A stretch of DNA of 64,000 bases. Origin: Octopus vulgaris (taxonomy: Eukaryota). The stretch spans positions 40,982,001 to 41,046,000 of the forward strand of contig OX597829.1 of assembly GCA_951406725.2 (NCBI GenBank), given 5' to 3'. A model generated the notes under the pieces. It had not been told where the DNA came from and made no database searches. It saw only the letters and a list, made by a program, of their open reading frames with translations. The first letter of the stretch is position 1; each line of letters begins with the position of its first letter. The translations under genes and the position numbers were made by a program. This document shows positions 52,169-64,000 of this stretch, one piece after another.

Positions 52169-52938
52169 TATTTCTTTATTGCCCACAAGGGGCTAAACAT
52201 AGAGAGGACAAACAAAGACAGACAAAGGGATTAAGTTGATTACATCGACCCCAGTGCGTAACTGGTACTTAATTTATCGACCACGAAAGGATGAAAGGCA
52301 ATGTCGACCTCAGCGGAATTTGAACTCAGAACGTAACGGCAGACGAAATACCTATTTCTTTACTACCCACAAGGGGCTAAACACAGAGGGGACAAACAAG
52401 GACAAACGGATTAAGTCGATTATATCGACCCAGTGCGTAACTGGTACTTATTTAATCGACGCCGAAAGGATAAAAGGCAAAGTCGACCTCGGCGGAATTT
52501 GAACTCAGAACGTAACGGCAGACGAAATACCTATTTCTTTACTACCCACAAGGGGCTAAACACAGAGGGGACAAACAGGGACAAACGGATTAAGTCGATT
52601 ATATCGACCCCAGTGCGTAACTGGTACTTATTTAATCGACGCCGAAAGGATAAAAGGCAAAGTCGACCTCGGCGGAATTTGAACTCAGAACGTAACGGCA
52701 GACGAAATACCTATTTCTTTACTACCCACAAGGGGCTAAACACAGAGGGGACAAACAAGGACAAACGGATTAAGTCGATTATATCGACCCCAGTGCGTAA
52801 CTGGTACTTATTTAATCGACGCCGAAAGGATGAAAGGCAAAGTCGACCTCGGCGGAATTCGAACTCAGAACGTAACGACAGAAGAAATACCGCTAAGCAT
52901 TTCGCCCGGTGTGCTAACGTTTCTGCCAGCTTGCCGCC
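52169..52938 (-). mobile_element. SINE family A tetramer
   Basis: Three invariant junctions; flanking AGTTT(T/C)CAATGTTTCT direct repeat. Confidence 0.93.
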
Positions 52939-53519
52939 TTAAGTTTCCAATGTTTCTGCGGCTTCAATAGAACCCTTGATGTCTTAGGTGTAGCATTTTT
53001 CTAAGTGGTTTTTGACGGAAGCATTAGCATAGAGGTGTTCTTTAACCTGTATGTGTACTTGTTCGATGTGATAAATATTTGTTAGCATAAATAGCATGTA
53101 AATGAAAAAAAGAATCCAGGGTAAATTTAAAGTAATTACATGTTAACTCCTATACCGTGGGAAATAAGCAAAGTACGTATGCATCACATTATTTTCTTCG
53201 TACTCGGGGAAAATAAGAAGGCTGCTCTTCGTAGGCTGAAAGGGTGAGTGATGCTTCTCCTCTGAAGAGTGGTCAACTCTCCATAAGTTACGTCAAAACA
53301 ATCCCTTGAACAAGATGTATTCACGTTTGTTTGTTGTTTTTTTTTGTTTTGTTTTGTTTTTTGTTTTTGTTTTGTTTTGTTTGTTTGTTGGCTTGTTTGT
53401 TTTGGGGGTTTTTTTTCACTGTGTAGGCATTATAAATTATAGTCTGATCAGAATATATTTATTTTAGATTTTCTAAAACATGCTGTTTGTGCACAAAATT
53501 ATTTATTAAACATACTGAC

Positions 53520-54265
<746 letters not shown>

Positions 54266-55038
54266 ATGCGTATTTTGGTTATTATATACGTGTGAATGCG
54301 TGCTTGTATTATCTGCAGCATTTAGGTTTTGTTGCTGTTTTTCTACTTATACTCAAACACTTGTTTGACAAATTCTGCTCTCAAATGACAGTATTTAGAC
54401 GTCTTCCTTAAAAAATAACGGTCTTTGATCTGCAGTTTCGGGCATTATCAATGGCGTCTTGTCCTTTATATCGTTTTTGTTTCCTTCGCGTACTGATGAA
54501 AGACGTGTGCATTTAGTTGTTGTTGTTTAACACCAGGACAAACCTGATTGCGCAAACCTACGATCAAAGACATTCTATCCTTAAGCATAGTGTCTTTTTT
54601 TTTTTTTTAGTACTCGCAGAGGGCGCTAGAACTACGTTGTCAAACGGTTTCAGGGCTTTCCAGATCGAATTACTATTAGCCAATCATTCTTTTAGAGTTA
54701 CATGCTGTGGTGATTTTAAGACATATTGAAATAAGTCTTAAGACTTATTTTCCATGTAAGTTTTTCAAACTTCGTCAGCGGGTAACCATGTTGCACGTGA
54801 CCGCACGACATGCTAAGGCAAACAGCCAAATTCCTCTCAATTACAGACAACGATCATAAAAACAGAATACATTGGATAATCACGGCCTTTGTATGTAATG
54901 CCAGAAAAATGATGCTGTAGTCGTGTTTTGAATGCCTTTACTCACAGTGTCGGCTCAATAACAGCTCAACTAAGGTTAAACAATATTAACCTTTTACGAG
55001 ATTAACCAAAGGGTTATCCTTTGCACAGTCGTTTGACC

Positions 55039-55365
55039 GCATCTTTTCGCTTTGACCGGCAGATTTTTAAAATAATTTCTTTGTAACTAAACACTTTTAA
55101 ACTTCGTATACTGGTAGTGTGTTACATAAAATATCTTTTTCTCTTGGTTTTCTTGAGAAAATTCTGTAGTTTGTAAGCTATTTGTTGTTTAAATTGCCGA
55201 AATGCAAGAAATTAAACAACAAATAGCTTACAAACTACAGAATTTTCTCAAGAAAGCCAAGAGAAAAAGATGTTTTATGTAACACCCTACCAGTATACGA
55301 AGTTTAAAAGTGTTTAGTTACAAAGAAATTATTTTAAAAATCTGCCGGTCAAAGCGAAAAGATCC
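55039..55365. mobile_element. Fully palindromic derivative of the GGATC-TIR MITE (two right halves head to head)
   Basis: ~155-bp arms; TSD GTTTGACC at 55031-55038 and 55366-55373. Confidence 0.9.
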
Positions 55366-55727
55366 GTTTGACCTGCTAGAAATATCAAGAAAATTTCAAA
55401 TATATCTTATGTGTCTAAGACATTTAACCGTACAGGTTAAATATTTGAACGGATTTAAATATTTGTTTAAGATATTTAACCGTACATGTTTGATATATTT
55501 GAGCTGATCTAAATGTTTGTTCACTCGCAACACTATTTTCACATTCCTACGACAACATTTCGATCTGTTCTTGGTTGGTGTTGTTTGTAATCAAGTTGTG
55601 TTTTGCTGCTGGTTTAGTATAAGAAAACGAAGGCTTCCAAAATCATTTCAGGGTTGTCTCTCTTGCAGCAGCACACTGTGCTGATGATGATCAAAAAGCT
55701 AGAAGTGCATTTACTGCTTCTGCCAGA

Positions 55728-56012
55728 GGTGGAGGCGCAATGGCCCAGTGGCTAGGGCAGCGGACTCGCGGTCGGAGGATCGCGGTTTCGATTCCCAGAC
55801 CGGGCGTTGTGTGTTTATTGAGCGAAAACACCTAATGCTCCACGAGGCTCCGGCAGGGGGTGGGGCGACCCCTGGTGTACTCTTTCGCCTCAACTTACTC
55901 TCACTCTTTCTTCCTATTTCTTGGGTAACGCTGCGATGGGGGGGGGGGGGGACACATACGCCACAGAACCGGAAAACCGGGCCCATGAGCCTGGCTAGGC
56001 TTGAAAGGCCGC
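55728..56012 (+). mobile_element. SINE family D
   Basis: TGGCCCAGTGGCTAGGGCAGCGGACTCGCGG..GGTTTCGATTCC; tail AAACCGGGCCCATGAGCCTGGCTAGGCTT shared with family C. Confidence 0.87.
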
Positions 56013-56473
56013 AAAAGAGAAAAAAGATTCTGCCAGAGAGTGCTTTGAGATCATTGTTGGTGCTTTTAACACCTATTGCTTAAAGTGAGAATTCTTTTCA
56101 ATGGCATACAAATCAAGTATGTCACAAATATATCTGAACTGATTTGAATGTGTTTTTTTTTTACTTAATAACACTGCTTTCGCGCGCCTACTTTATTATT
56201 TCTTACATAAATACATTCAGACGTATACATGTGTGTGTGTGTGTGTGTGTGAATGGTTTCTTCTGTTTTTAATTACTTCAGTTCTTTCTTTGAGGAGATG
56301 GCTTCTAACAAAGGTACAAAGCTCCGTCGTTGGAGTGTAGATAACAAAAGCAATATCACATTTTGAACTTGAGAAAAGTCTTGCATATTTCTGCTGTTCC
56401 ACTTATCCAGACAGTCACTAAGGCATTTACTCGCAAAACTAAGGGCAGCAATTCTTATTGGTATAAATGTGAA

Positions 56474-56537
56474 TTTAAAAGTGCTCAGTTACGTGGAAAT
56501 TATTTTTAAAAAACTGCCGTTCAAACCGAAAAGATCC
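56474..56537 (+). mobile_element. Solo right end of the GGATC-TIR MITE
   Basis: GTTACGTGGAAATTATTTTTAAAAAACTGCCGTTCAAACCGAAAAGATCC. Confidence 0.85.
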
Positions 56538-56589
56538 CGTGTTTTTCTGTCTTATCTCTCTTTCTCGCTCTGTCTGTCTCTTTCTCATC

Positions 56590-56598
56590 TCGCCTCTT

Positions 56599-56632
<34 letters not shown>

Positions 56633-57003
56633 CCCACCCTCTCTCTTTCTCTCTCCCCTCTCTCTCTTTCTCTCTCCCCTCTCTCTCTTTCTCTCTCCCC
56701 TCTCTCTCTTTCTCTCTCCCCCTCTCTATCTCTCACTGATAATATATCTGTGTCTGCGTGTATTTGTACGAGTGTGTATGTTTGTGGGAGAGAGAGAGAG
56801 AGTGTGTGCGTGTGTGTGTTGTGCGTGCGTGCGTGTGTATGTGTCTGTGTGTGTGTGTGTGTGTGTGCGTGCGCGCGCATGCGTGTGTGCGTGTGTGTGT
56901 GTGCGTGTGCGTGTGTGTGTGCGTGCGCGCGCATGCGTGTGTGCGTGCGCGCGCATGCGTGTGTGCGTGCGCGCGCATGCGTGTGTGCGTGTGTGTGTGT
57001 GCA
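56590..57003. repeat. (CT)n-derived 21-bp repeats then alternating (GT)/(GC) tract
   Basis: Direct reading. Confidence 0.92.
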
Positions 57004-57429
57004 TTGCGCGATTATGGATGAATAAGCGGTGCCAATATTCCACGCATGACGCGGCATCTTATAGAATGCAGGTGCGATAAATAAGTAATTAAGACGCCCT
57101 TTATCTCACATGCTAAATGGCTGTCGTTAATGACACTGCTAATTATATATAAATGAAGACAATAGGCTTCACTTTATTATGCATGATTGGTACTTTACGG
57201 ATGGCTGATATTTTTTTATATTTTATTTTATTAACTCGTTTATTTATTTACTATTTGTTTATTTATTTGTTTATTTATCTATTTATTTATTTTGCTTTTG
57301 TAATGGCGGGATAATCGATTTAATTTGACAAATAATAAAATGATTAGAAATTCTGACTTCAGCTGTAGCGGTGATATGAAGATGGTGGGAGGGAGGTACT
57401 GGTGATGGCAGCGGTGGCTTTTAGGGTAT

Positions 57430-57860
57430 CGGTGGTGGTGGTGCTGCTGCTGGTGGTGGTGCTGGTGGTGCTGGTGCTGGTGATGGTGCTGGTGCTGGTG
57501 GCTGGTGGTGGTGCTGCTGCTGGTGGTGGTGCTGGTGGTGCTGGTGGTGCTGGTGGTGGTGGGTGGTGGTGGTGGTGGTGGTGGTGGTGGTGGTGGTGGT
57601 GGTGGCTGGTGGTGGTGCTGGTGGCTGGTGGTGGTGCTGGTGGCTGGTGGTGCTGGTGCTGGTGCTGCTGCTGGTGCTGGTGGTGCTGGTGGTGGTGGTG
57701 CTGGTGGCTGGTGGTGGTGCTGGTGGCTGGTGCTGGTGCTGGTGGCTGGTGCTGGTGGTGGTGCTGGTGGCTGGTGGTGGTGGTGGCTGGTGGCTGATGC
57801 TGGTGGTGCTGGTGCTGGTGGCTGGTGGCTGGTGGTGGTGCTGGTGGATATGGTGGTAGT
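57430..57860. repeat. Degenerate (GGT)/(GCT) trinucleotide repeat
   Basis: Direct reading; occasional 1-nt phase shifts. Confidence 0.93.
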
Positions 57861-58336
57861 AAATGGGTGAGAGAGTGTATTTTTCGCCATGTATTCGGAA
57901 ACGGATCTAAACACCGACAAGAAAATTAATGTTGCTGTTGTTGCTATTGTTGTTTCGTTTTTGTTGTTGTTGTTGTTGTTGTTGTTGTTGCTGCTGCTGC
58001 TTCTGCTGCTGTTGTAGTTATTACTATTGCTGTTGCTGTTTTTGCTTCTGCAACTGTTGTTGTTTTTCACCGAATCAGATATGTTAATCGTTTGGCTTTG
58101 CAATTTTGGGTGTATTTAATGTGTTTTAAGCTAAAAAAAAAAGTTTCTAGTTTTATGTATATTATTAGCAAAAAAAAAAATTAATTTGCTTTTTTGGCCC
58201 CTTTGGAGTAAAAAAGAAATCCCTTTATTTGACACACTTCCTACAAAGAAAAATCTCTCTCACTGAAGAAATCTTGTCAAATGAAAGAGAAGGAAAAGAA
58301 AAGATATTTTATGTAAATTATTGAATTTTATAAATA

Positions 58337-59627
58337 CGAGGGTCGGCTGAAAAGGTCATAGGCTGAACAAAATACTCTCATGGATTGTAATGATATGAGG
58401 TTTATTTTTTAACATAGTCCCCTTTGCAGTCCACATACTTCTTCCATCGGTATTGCACTGCTTGGATCCCATTGGAGAAGAATCTTTCATTCTGTTGATA
58501 AAAAAAGGTCATCAACAGCAGATATGATGCCATCATCAATGCAATACTGGTTCCCAGCCAAGTGTTTTTTCATGCTGGGGAACAGATGATAGATGGGGCC
58601 AAATAAGAACAATAGGTAAGGGATCAACCAGTTCAAAGCCTCAGCCACGCACCGCAGCCATTAAAATCAAAGACTTGTGTGCTGGTGCATTGTCCTGAAA
58701 CAAGAGCCCTTTCGTCAGTTTTCCTGGGCGTTTTGATCTTCATAGCCTTTAGTAAATGTCGCGGCAAGTTGGCATAGTACTCTCCATTGACAGTGTGGGT
58801 CTTTTGAAGATAGAAATAAACACAATGCCTCATGCATCCCAAAAACTTAGGCCGTCATCTTCCCTGAAGACGACTTTGGCCTTCTTTGGAGTAGATGAGG
58901 AGGGGTATTTCCACTGCATGGACTGTCCCTTTGTCTCCGGTTCAAAGTGATGGACTCAACACTCATCCTGAGTTAGAAAACATTCAAAGAAACCAGCTTG
59001 ATTTGCCTTAAACACTATCAAATTTTTCCGTGATGTGACCAGCCCGGTGCAGTTTTGATCAGATGTCAGAAGACATGGTACCCACCGAGTAGAAACCTTC
59101 GCCATGCCGAGTTCACAGTGCAGAATATTCTCAACTCTCTCACGAATATGCTAATAGCATTGGCTATTTGATTTATAGCCAATCGCCTGTCATCCCTCAC
59201 CGTGTGGTGAACACGATCATTTTTTCCCCTCAGTGGTGGCAGTTGTAAGACGTCCATACATTGAGTAATCTTCAAGAATATCTCCCTTCCTTTTTCTAAA
59301 TTCAGTTGCCCACTTCTGCACTATTAATAAAGCTCGAACGTCATTCCCTAATTGTAGCAACCATGTCAGCATGAATGTCTTTGGGGGCTAAATTCTTTTT
59401 TCTTCAGGTACTTGATAAAACCAAGATGCCAAATTTTGCCGAATTTCAAGAGAAGTCGCTACTACTTACTTTTTAAGTATTCTTCGAACAGTCAGATGTC
59501 AGTTTACCTGGAAAGAAACAAATCAGTAATTAATAAGAAGACTTGAAATTAAAGCAAGCAAGATTCCACAGCTCTAGCATAACTTCTTCATGGTCAGCCT
59601 ATGAACCTTTCAATCAGCCCATCCTTG
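58337..59627 (-). mobile_element. Full-length (~1.29 kb) decayed mariner transposon with pseudogenised transposase
   Basis: TA|CGAGGGTCGGCTGAAAAGGTCATAGGCTGA and degenerate reverse complement ..TCAGCCTATGAACCTTT..CTTG|TA; minus-strand DDRRLAINQIANAISI, KVSTRWVPCLLT, FLTQDEC*VHHFEPETKGQSMQWK. Confidence 0.9.
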
Positions 59628-59789
59628 TAAATAAATAGTTTTTACTATACATCATATAACGCCCTGTATCCCATCCTCGTCTCTTAGTATAAATCATTCA
59701 TCTCGCCCTGCCTTTTTGTTACGCCACTTGTTCAACGTTTCTGTGTATCTTCGATAATTTTTCTGTATTTCTTCAAGTCCTTGTCGCTT

Positions 59790-59962
59790 AAGGTTGTCAG
59801 CTGGTAGTTAGCACGCACTGCAAAATAATTGGTAACATTTCGTCCGTCTTTACGGCGGAATTTGGACTCAGAATGTAGCAGCAGACGAAATGCCGCCTAA
59901 CATTTCGCCCGGCGTGCTAACGATTCAGCCAGATCGTCGCCTTACCAATAATAATAATAATA

Positions 59963-60037
<75 letters not shown>

Positions 60038-60205
60038 ATGGTTTTAAATTTTGGCACAAGGCCGGCAATTTCGGGAAGAGGGTAAGTTTTCAACTGGTCC
60101 ATATTCTATCGACCATGAAAGGATGAAAGGCAAAGTCGACCTCTGCAGAATTTGAACTCAAAATATAAAGACGGACGAAATGTCGCTAAGCATTTTGGCC
60201 GGCGG
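59790..60205. mobile_element. Cluster of decayed SINE A-related fragments around an (AAT)/(ATT) tract
   Basis: Core GGATGAAAGGCAAAGTCGACCTC and alternative tail TTTTGGCACAAGGCCGGCAATTT. Confidence 0.75.
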
Positions 60206-60996
60206 CGTTTAAATGATTAATAATAATAATACACACATGCACACACACACACAGTTATATATCTATGTATGTATGTATGTATGTATGTATGTATGTATGT
60301 ATGTATGTATGTATGTATGTATGTATGTATGTATGTACGCAGGCTTATCTACGCGCAAAGGTAACCATGATCTATACACACGCAGACGAGGGTCGATTCA
60401 TATGAAAATGAAAGTGAACAAAATAATATGACCACTTGCTTATTGGGAAAATTGTAACTTCAATTCATTTCTTTTTTTTTTTTTTTGTTAAAGATAATCA
60501 ATCTTCTACTATAGCCGCGCGCCGACCAATGATTTGCGAGTAAACTTGACAGACAGAAATTGTATGGAAGCCCGAAGTATATAAATGTATGCGTGTGCGT
60601 CTGTGCCAGTGTTTGTCAACCTTCATAGGTGATAGTTTGTTTATGTCCCCGTAACTTAGTGGTTCAGCAAAATAGAATAAAAGAATAAATACCAGACTTT
60701 AAAAAAAACCCAGCATGGTCGCAGTCCAATGACTGGAACAAGCAAACGACGAATGAAAAATAACAGATAAAAAGCATAATAATCAGGCCAGAAGAAATCT
60801 GCACCTCTTTACACATGAGTTCTAAGGGTTACGACCACTTTCCTCTCCCCTCAATCCACACCTTTGGAAAATATGTCAAACTTAGGGAGATTATTGTGTC
60901 ATACGACATCATATTAATGTGTTAATCGAAACACAACACGTCATACTACTTTAGCTAACAACAGTCATATTAACGGAGATTACTGGATCATTCTGT

Positions 60997-61217
60997 ACTC
61001 TTACTCGCTTTACTCTTTTACTTGTTTCAGTCATTTGCTGAAGCACCGCCTTTTAGTCGAGCAAATCGACCCCAAGACTTATTCTTTGTAAGCCTAGTAC
61101 TTATTCTATCGGTCTCTTTTTCCGAACTGTTACGTTACGGAGACGTAAACATACCAGCATCGATTGTCAAGTGATGTTGGTGGGGACAAACACAGACACA
61201 CGAACATATACACACAC

Positions 61218-61292
<75 letters not shown>

Positions 61293-61462
61293 TATATACG
61301 ACGGGCTTCTTTCTGTTTCCGTCTACCAAATCCATTCACAAGGCTTTGGTCGGCTTGAGGCTATAGTAGAAGACACTTGCCCAAAGTGCCACGCAGTGGG
61401 ACTGAACCCAGAACCATGTGGTTTGTAAGCAAGATACTTACCACACAGCCACTCCTGCGCCT
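60997..61462 (-). mobile_element. SINE family B, full length with expanded internal (TA)n
   Basis: Complete head and tail. Confidence 0.92.
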
Positions 61463-62869
61463 ATAGATATGTTTAACAAACAGGAGGCATTATTAGGTCA
61501 TCGTACCCAGTAGTTACCATTAGTATAGTACCCAGTAGTTACCATTAGTATAGCTAATGACAACTACTGGGCCATAATACATTGTACTAATATGTAGACC
61601 ATGGCCAACAAGAATCGATTACTGAAGTTATCACCTACATAGAGCTAAGAGTATTTAAGGGCATCGCCTCAGAATATATGAATAACGTAGTTTTTTAGTC
61701 AGTAAATTGTACCATTTATACAGTAACTCTAACGAATATAGAAGCCCTAAAATGTTTAAACAATTAAAATTACTTTTTTGCAATGAAAGGAAAAATCACT
61801 AGCATTAATGATAATTCTTGTCCTGAAAGACAAGGAAGGTAACTCAGGCACCCAGATTAATAATAAATTGAATGGCGGTGTGCTATGCAGTGTGGTAGTA
61901 CAGTTGATTTCTACCTCATAATTCCCACTGGTTGTATCCACCCCTATTCAATTTTTAATTAGTTTTGGAATTATCTCCCCTGCCCCTTTTTGTTTTTTAC
62001 AAGAATTATCATGAATGCTAATGATATTCCTTTTCATTACACAAGTAGTTTTTAATAGATTAAATATTTTGAGGATATCAACATACATTAAGTGTATTAA
62101 CCTTCACTCTATTTAACAATATGTTCTTCATGCTGAAGTCATCCCAAGGAAATTTTCCTATGTCACCATCTAGGTCAACTACAGAAACAGTTGGCCTGTA
62201 AATAAAATATCAAAATATGTATTACACCACCATATTTCGTCTTATTTATTTGTTTGTTTGTTTTGCTCGATTCTTAATATGAAATCGTGTTTCGAAACAC
62301 ACGTATTTTGTGTGTGTGTGTGCGCGTGTATGTGTGTGTTTTGAAAAGGAGTTCCTTCCAATAAAAACATATCTCTGGATGTAGTTTGATTCGTTATTAG
62401 TAATCGTTTAATAAACCAGGTTAGCTACTGCCAACACATATAATTTTTTAGATTTTTTCATTTTGGAGTTTTTTGAGTGGGGGTACAGAAACGTCTCCCC
62501 GAAAATAAAATACTACTTTGTTTTTGTTTTTTTATATTGTCTTTCAAAAAAGTCGAGCACTTTGACATTCCTCTCGAGAGATTAAAAAAAAAAACATAAC
62601 TTAAGCAGGTACCTCTATATAATGTATATATGCCGACGTATTGAATGTAAATATATTACTTCCAAGCATGAGCTAAAATCGTTAAACTGGTTTTCTTTAA
62701 AATGAAAATGCTTTCTGATGACAACTACGTGAAATAAAAGCGAGCCAACGAAGCAGCTTCTTCGCTAGAAATGGGGAAAACTCTCTCGCCTGGAGGCAAA
62801 CTTTCCCTTATATTCAATTTGAAATATCTCGCTGACGAAATGTTTTAAAATCGTACAGTAAAACATACC

Positions 62870-62870
62870 A

Positions 62871-62956
<86 letters not shown>

Positions 62957-63087
62957 TGATAATAATAATAATAATGATAATAATAATAATAATGATAATA
63001 ATAATAATGATAACAATAATAATAATAATAATAATAACGATAATAATAATAATAATGATAATAATAATAATAATGATAATGATGATG

Positions 63088-63134
<47 letters not shown>

Positions 63135-63183
63135 GATAATAATAATAATAATGATAATAATAATAATAATGATAATGATGATG

Positions 63184-63226
<43 letters not shown>

Positions 63227-63411
63227 TAATAATAATGATAATAATAATAATAATGATAATAATAATAATAATGATAATAATAATGATAACAATAATAATA
63301 GTAATAATAATAATGATAATAATAATAATGATAACAATAATAATAATAATAATAATAATAACGATAATAATAATAATAATGATAATAATAATAATAATGA
63401 TAATGATGATG

Positions 63412-63455
<44 letters not shown>

Positions 63456-63504
63456 GATAATAATAATAATAATGATAATAATAATAATAATGATAATGAT
63501 GATG

Positions 63505-63550
<46 letters not shown>

Positions 63551-63599
63551 TAATAATAATAATAATGATAATAATAATAATAATGATAATAATGATAAC

Positions 63600-63632
<33 letters not shown>

Positions 63633-63681
63633 GATAATAATAATAATAATGATAATAATAATAATAATGATAATGATGATG

Positions 63682-63731
<50 letters not shown>

Positions 63732-63780
63732 GATAATAATAATAATAATGATAATAATAATAATAATGATAATGATGATG

Positions 63781-63811
<31 letters not shown>

Positions 63812-63813
63812 TG

Positions 63814-63847
<34 letters not shown>

Positions 63848-63957
63848 TGATAATAATAATAATAATGATAATAATAATAATGATAACAATAATAATAATA
63901 ATAACGATAATAATAATAATAATGATAATAATAATAATAATGATAATGATGATGATG

Positions 63958-64000
<43 letters not shown>
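62870..64000. repeat. >1.1-kb (AAT)n/(GAT) microsatellite with higher-order structure; runs off the window
   Basis: Block AACGAT(AAT)5GAT(AAT)4GATAATGATGATGAT recurs several times; explains the 374-aa poly-Leu/Ser ORF. Confidence 0.96.

Noticed and set aside
52433-52942. Recurrent [25 protein letters not shown] ORFs
   Set aside because: Antisense translation of SINE A; the repetition reflects SINE copies, not a protein family.
53262-53310. CTGAAGA hammerhead core (similar hits near 36844, 54494 and 58864)
   Set aside because: No correctly placed stem II plus GAAA; expected chance matches.
55728-55805. tRNA gene
   Set aside because: A/B boxes are present but the sequence continues into a SINE body shared with other copies; no clean acceptor stem or terminator. 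The same applies to the other SINE heads.
57279-58103. 274-aa Pro/His/Thr-rich ORF
   Set aside because: Derived from a (GGT/GCT)n tract with phase shifts.
61503-61552. 25-bp exact tandem duplication
   Set aside because: Real but an ordinary local duplication with no further structure.

Overview
AT-rich, repeat-saturated eukaryotic DNA with no host protein-coding exon I can support (intergenic or deep intronic). The SINE families and microsatellite density look like an Octopus (coleoid cephalopod) genome; this is recognition from memory, not a database result. Nearly all ORFs in the supplied track are microsatellite or SINE artefacts. Real content: (1) at least four tRNA-derived SINE families, one forming head-less tandem multimers with an invariant junction; (2) decayed Tx1/L1-clade, RTE, R4/Dong-like and Penelope (GIY-YIG) retroelement pieces; (3) a full-length dead mariner and other Tc1/mariner/pogo derivatives; (4) four non-autonomous Helitrons and a DINE/Helentron-like element; (5) a GG-terminated MITE family with 8-bp TSDs and internal TTAGGG repeats; (6) a non-coding element found only inside (AAT)n tracts; (7) many fold-back palindromes. 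The most interesting signal is a set of short, mostly (TA)n-associated elements carrying minimal type I hammerhead ribozyme folds with palindromic stem III. One fold is canonical. Others have variant cores, and one pair of diverged copies shows compensatory base changes in two stems. All alignments and folds were done by eye; boundaries of decayed elements are approximate.
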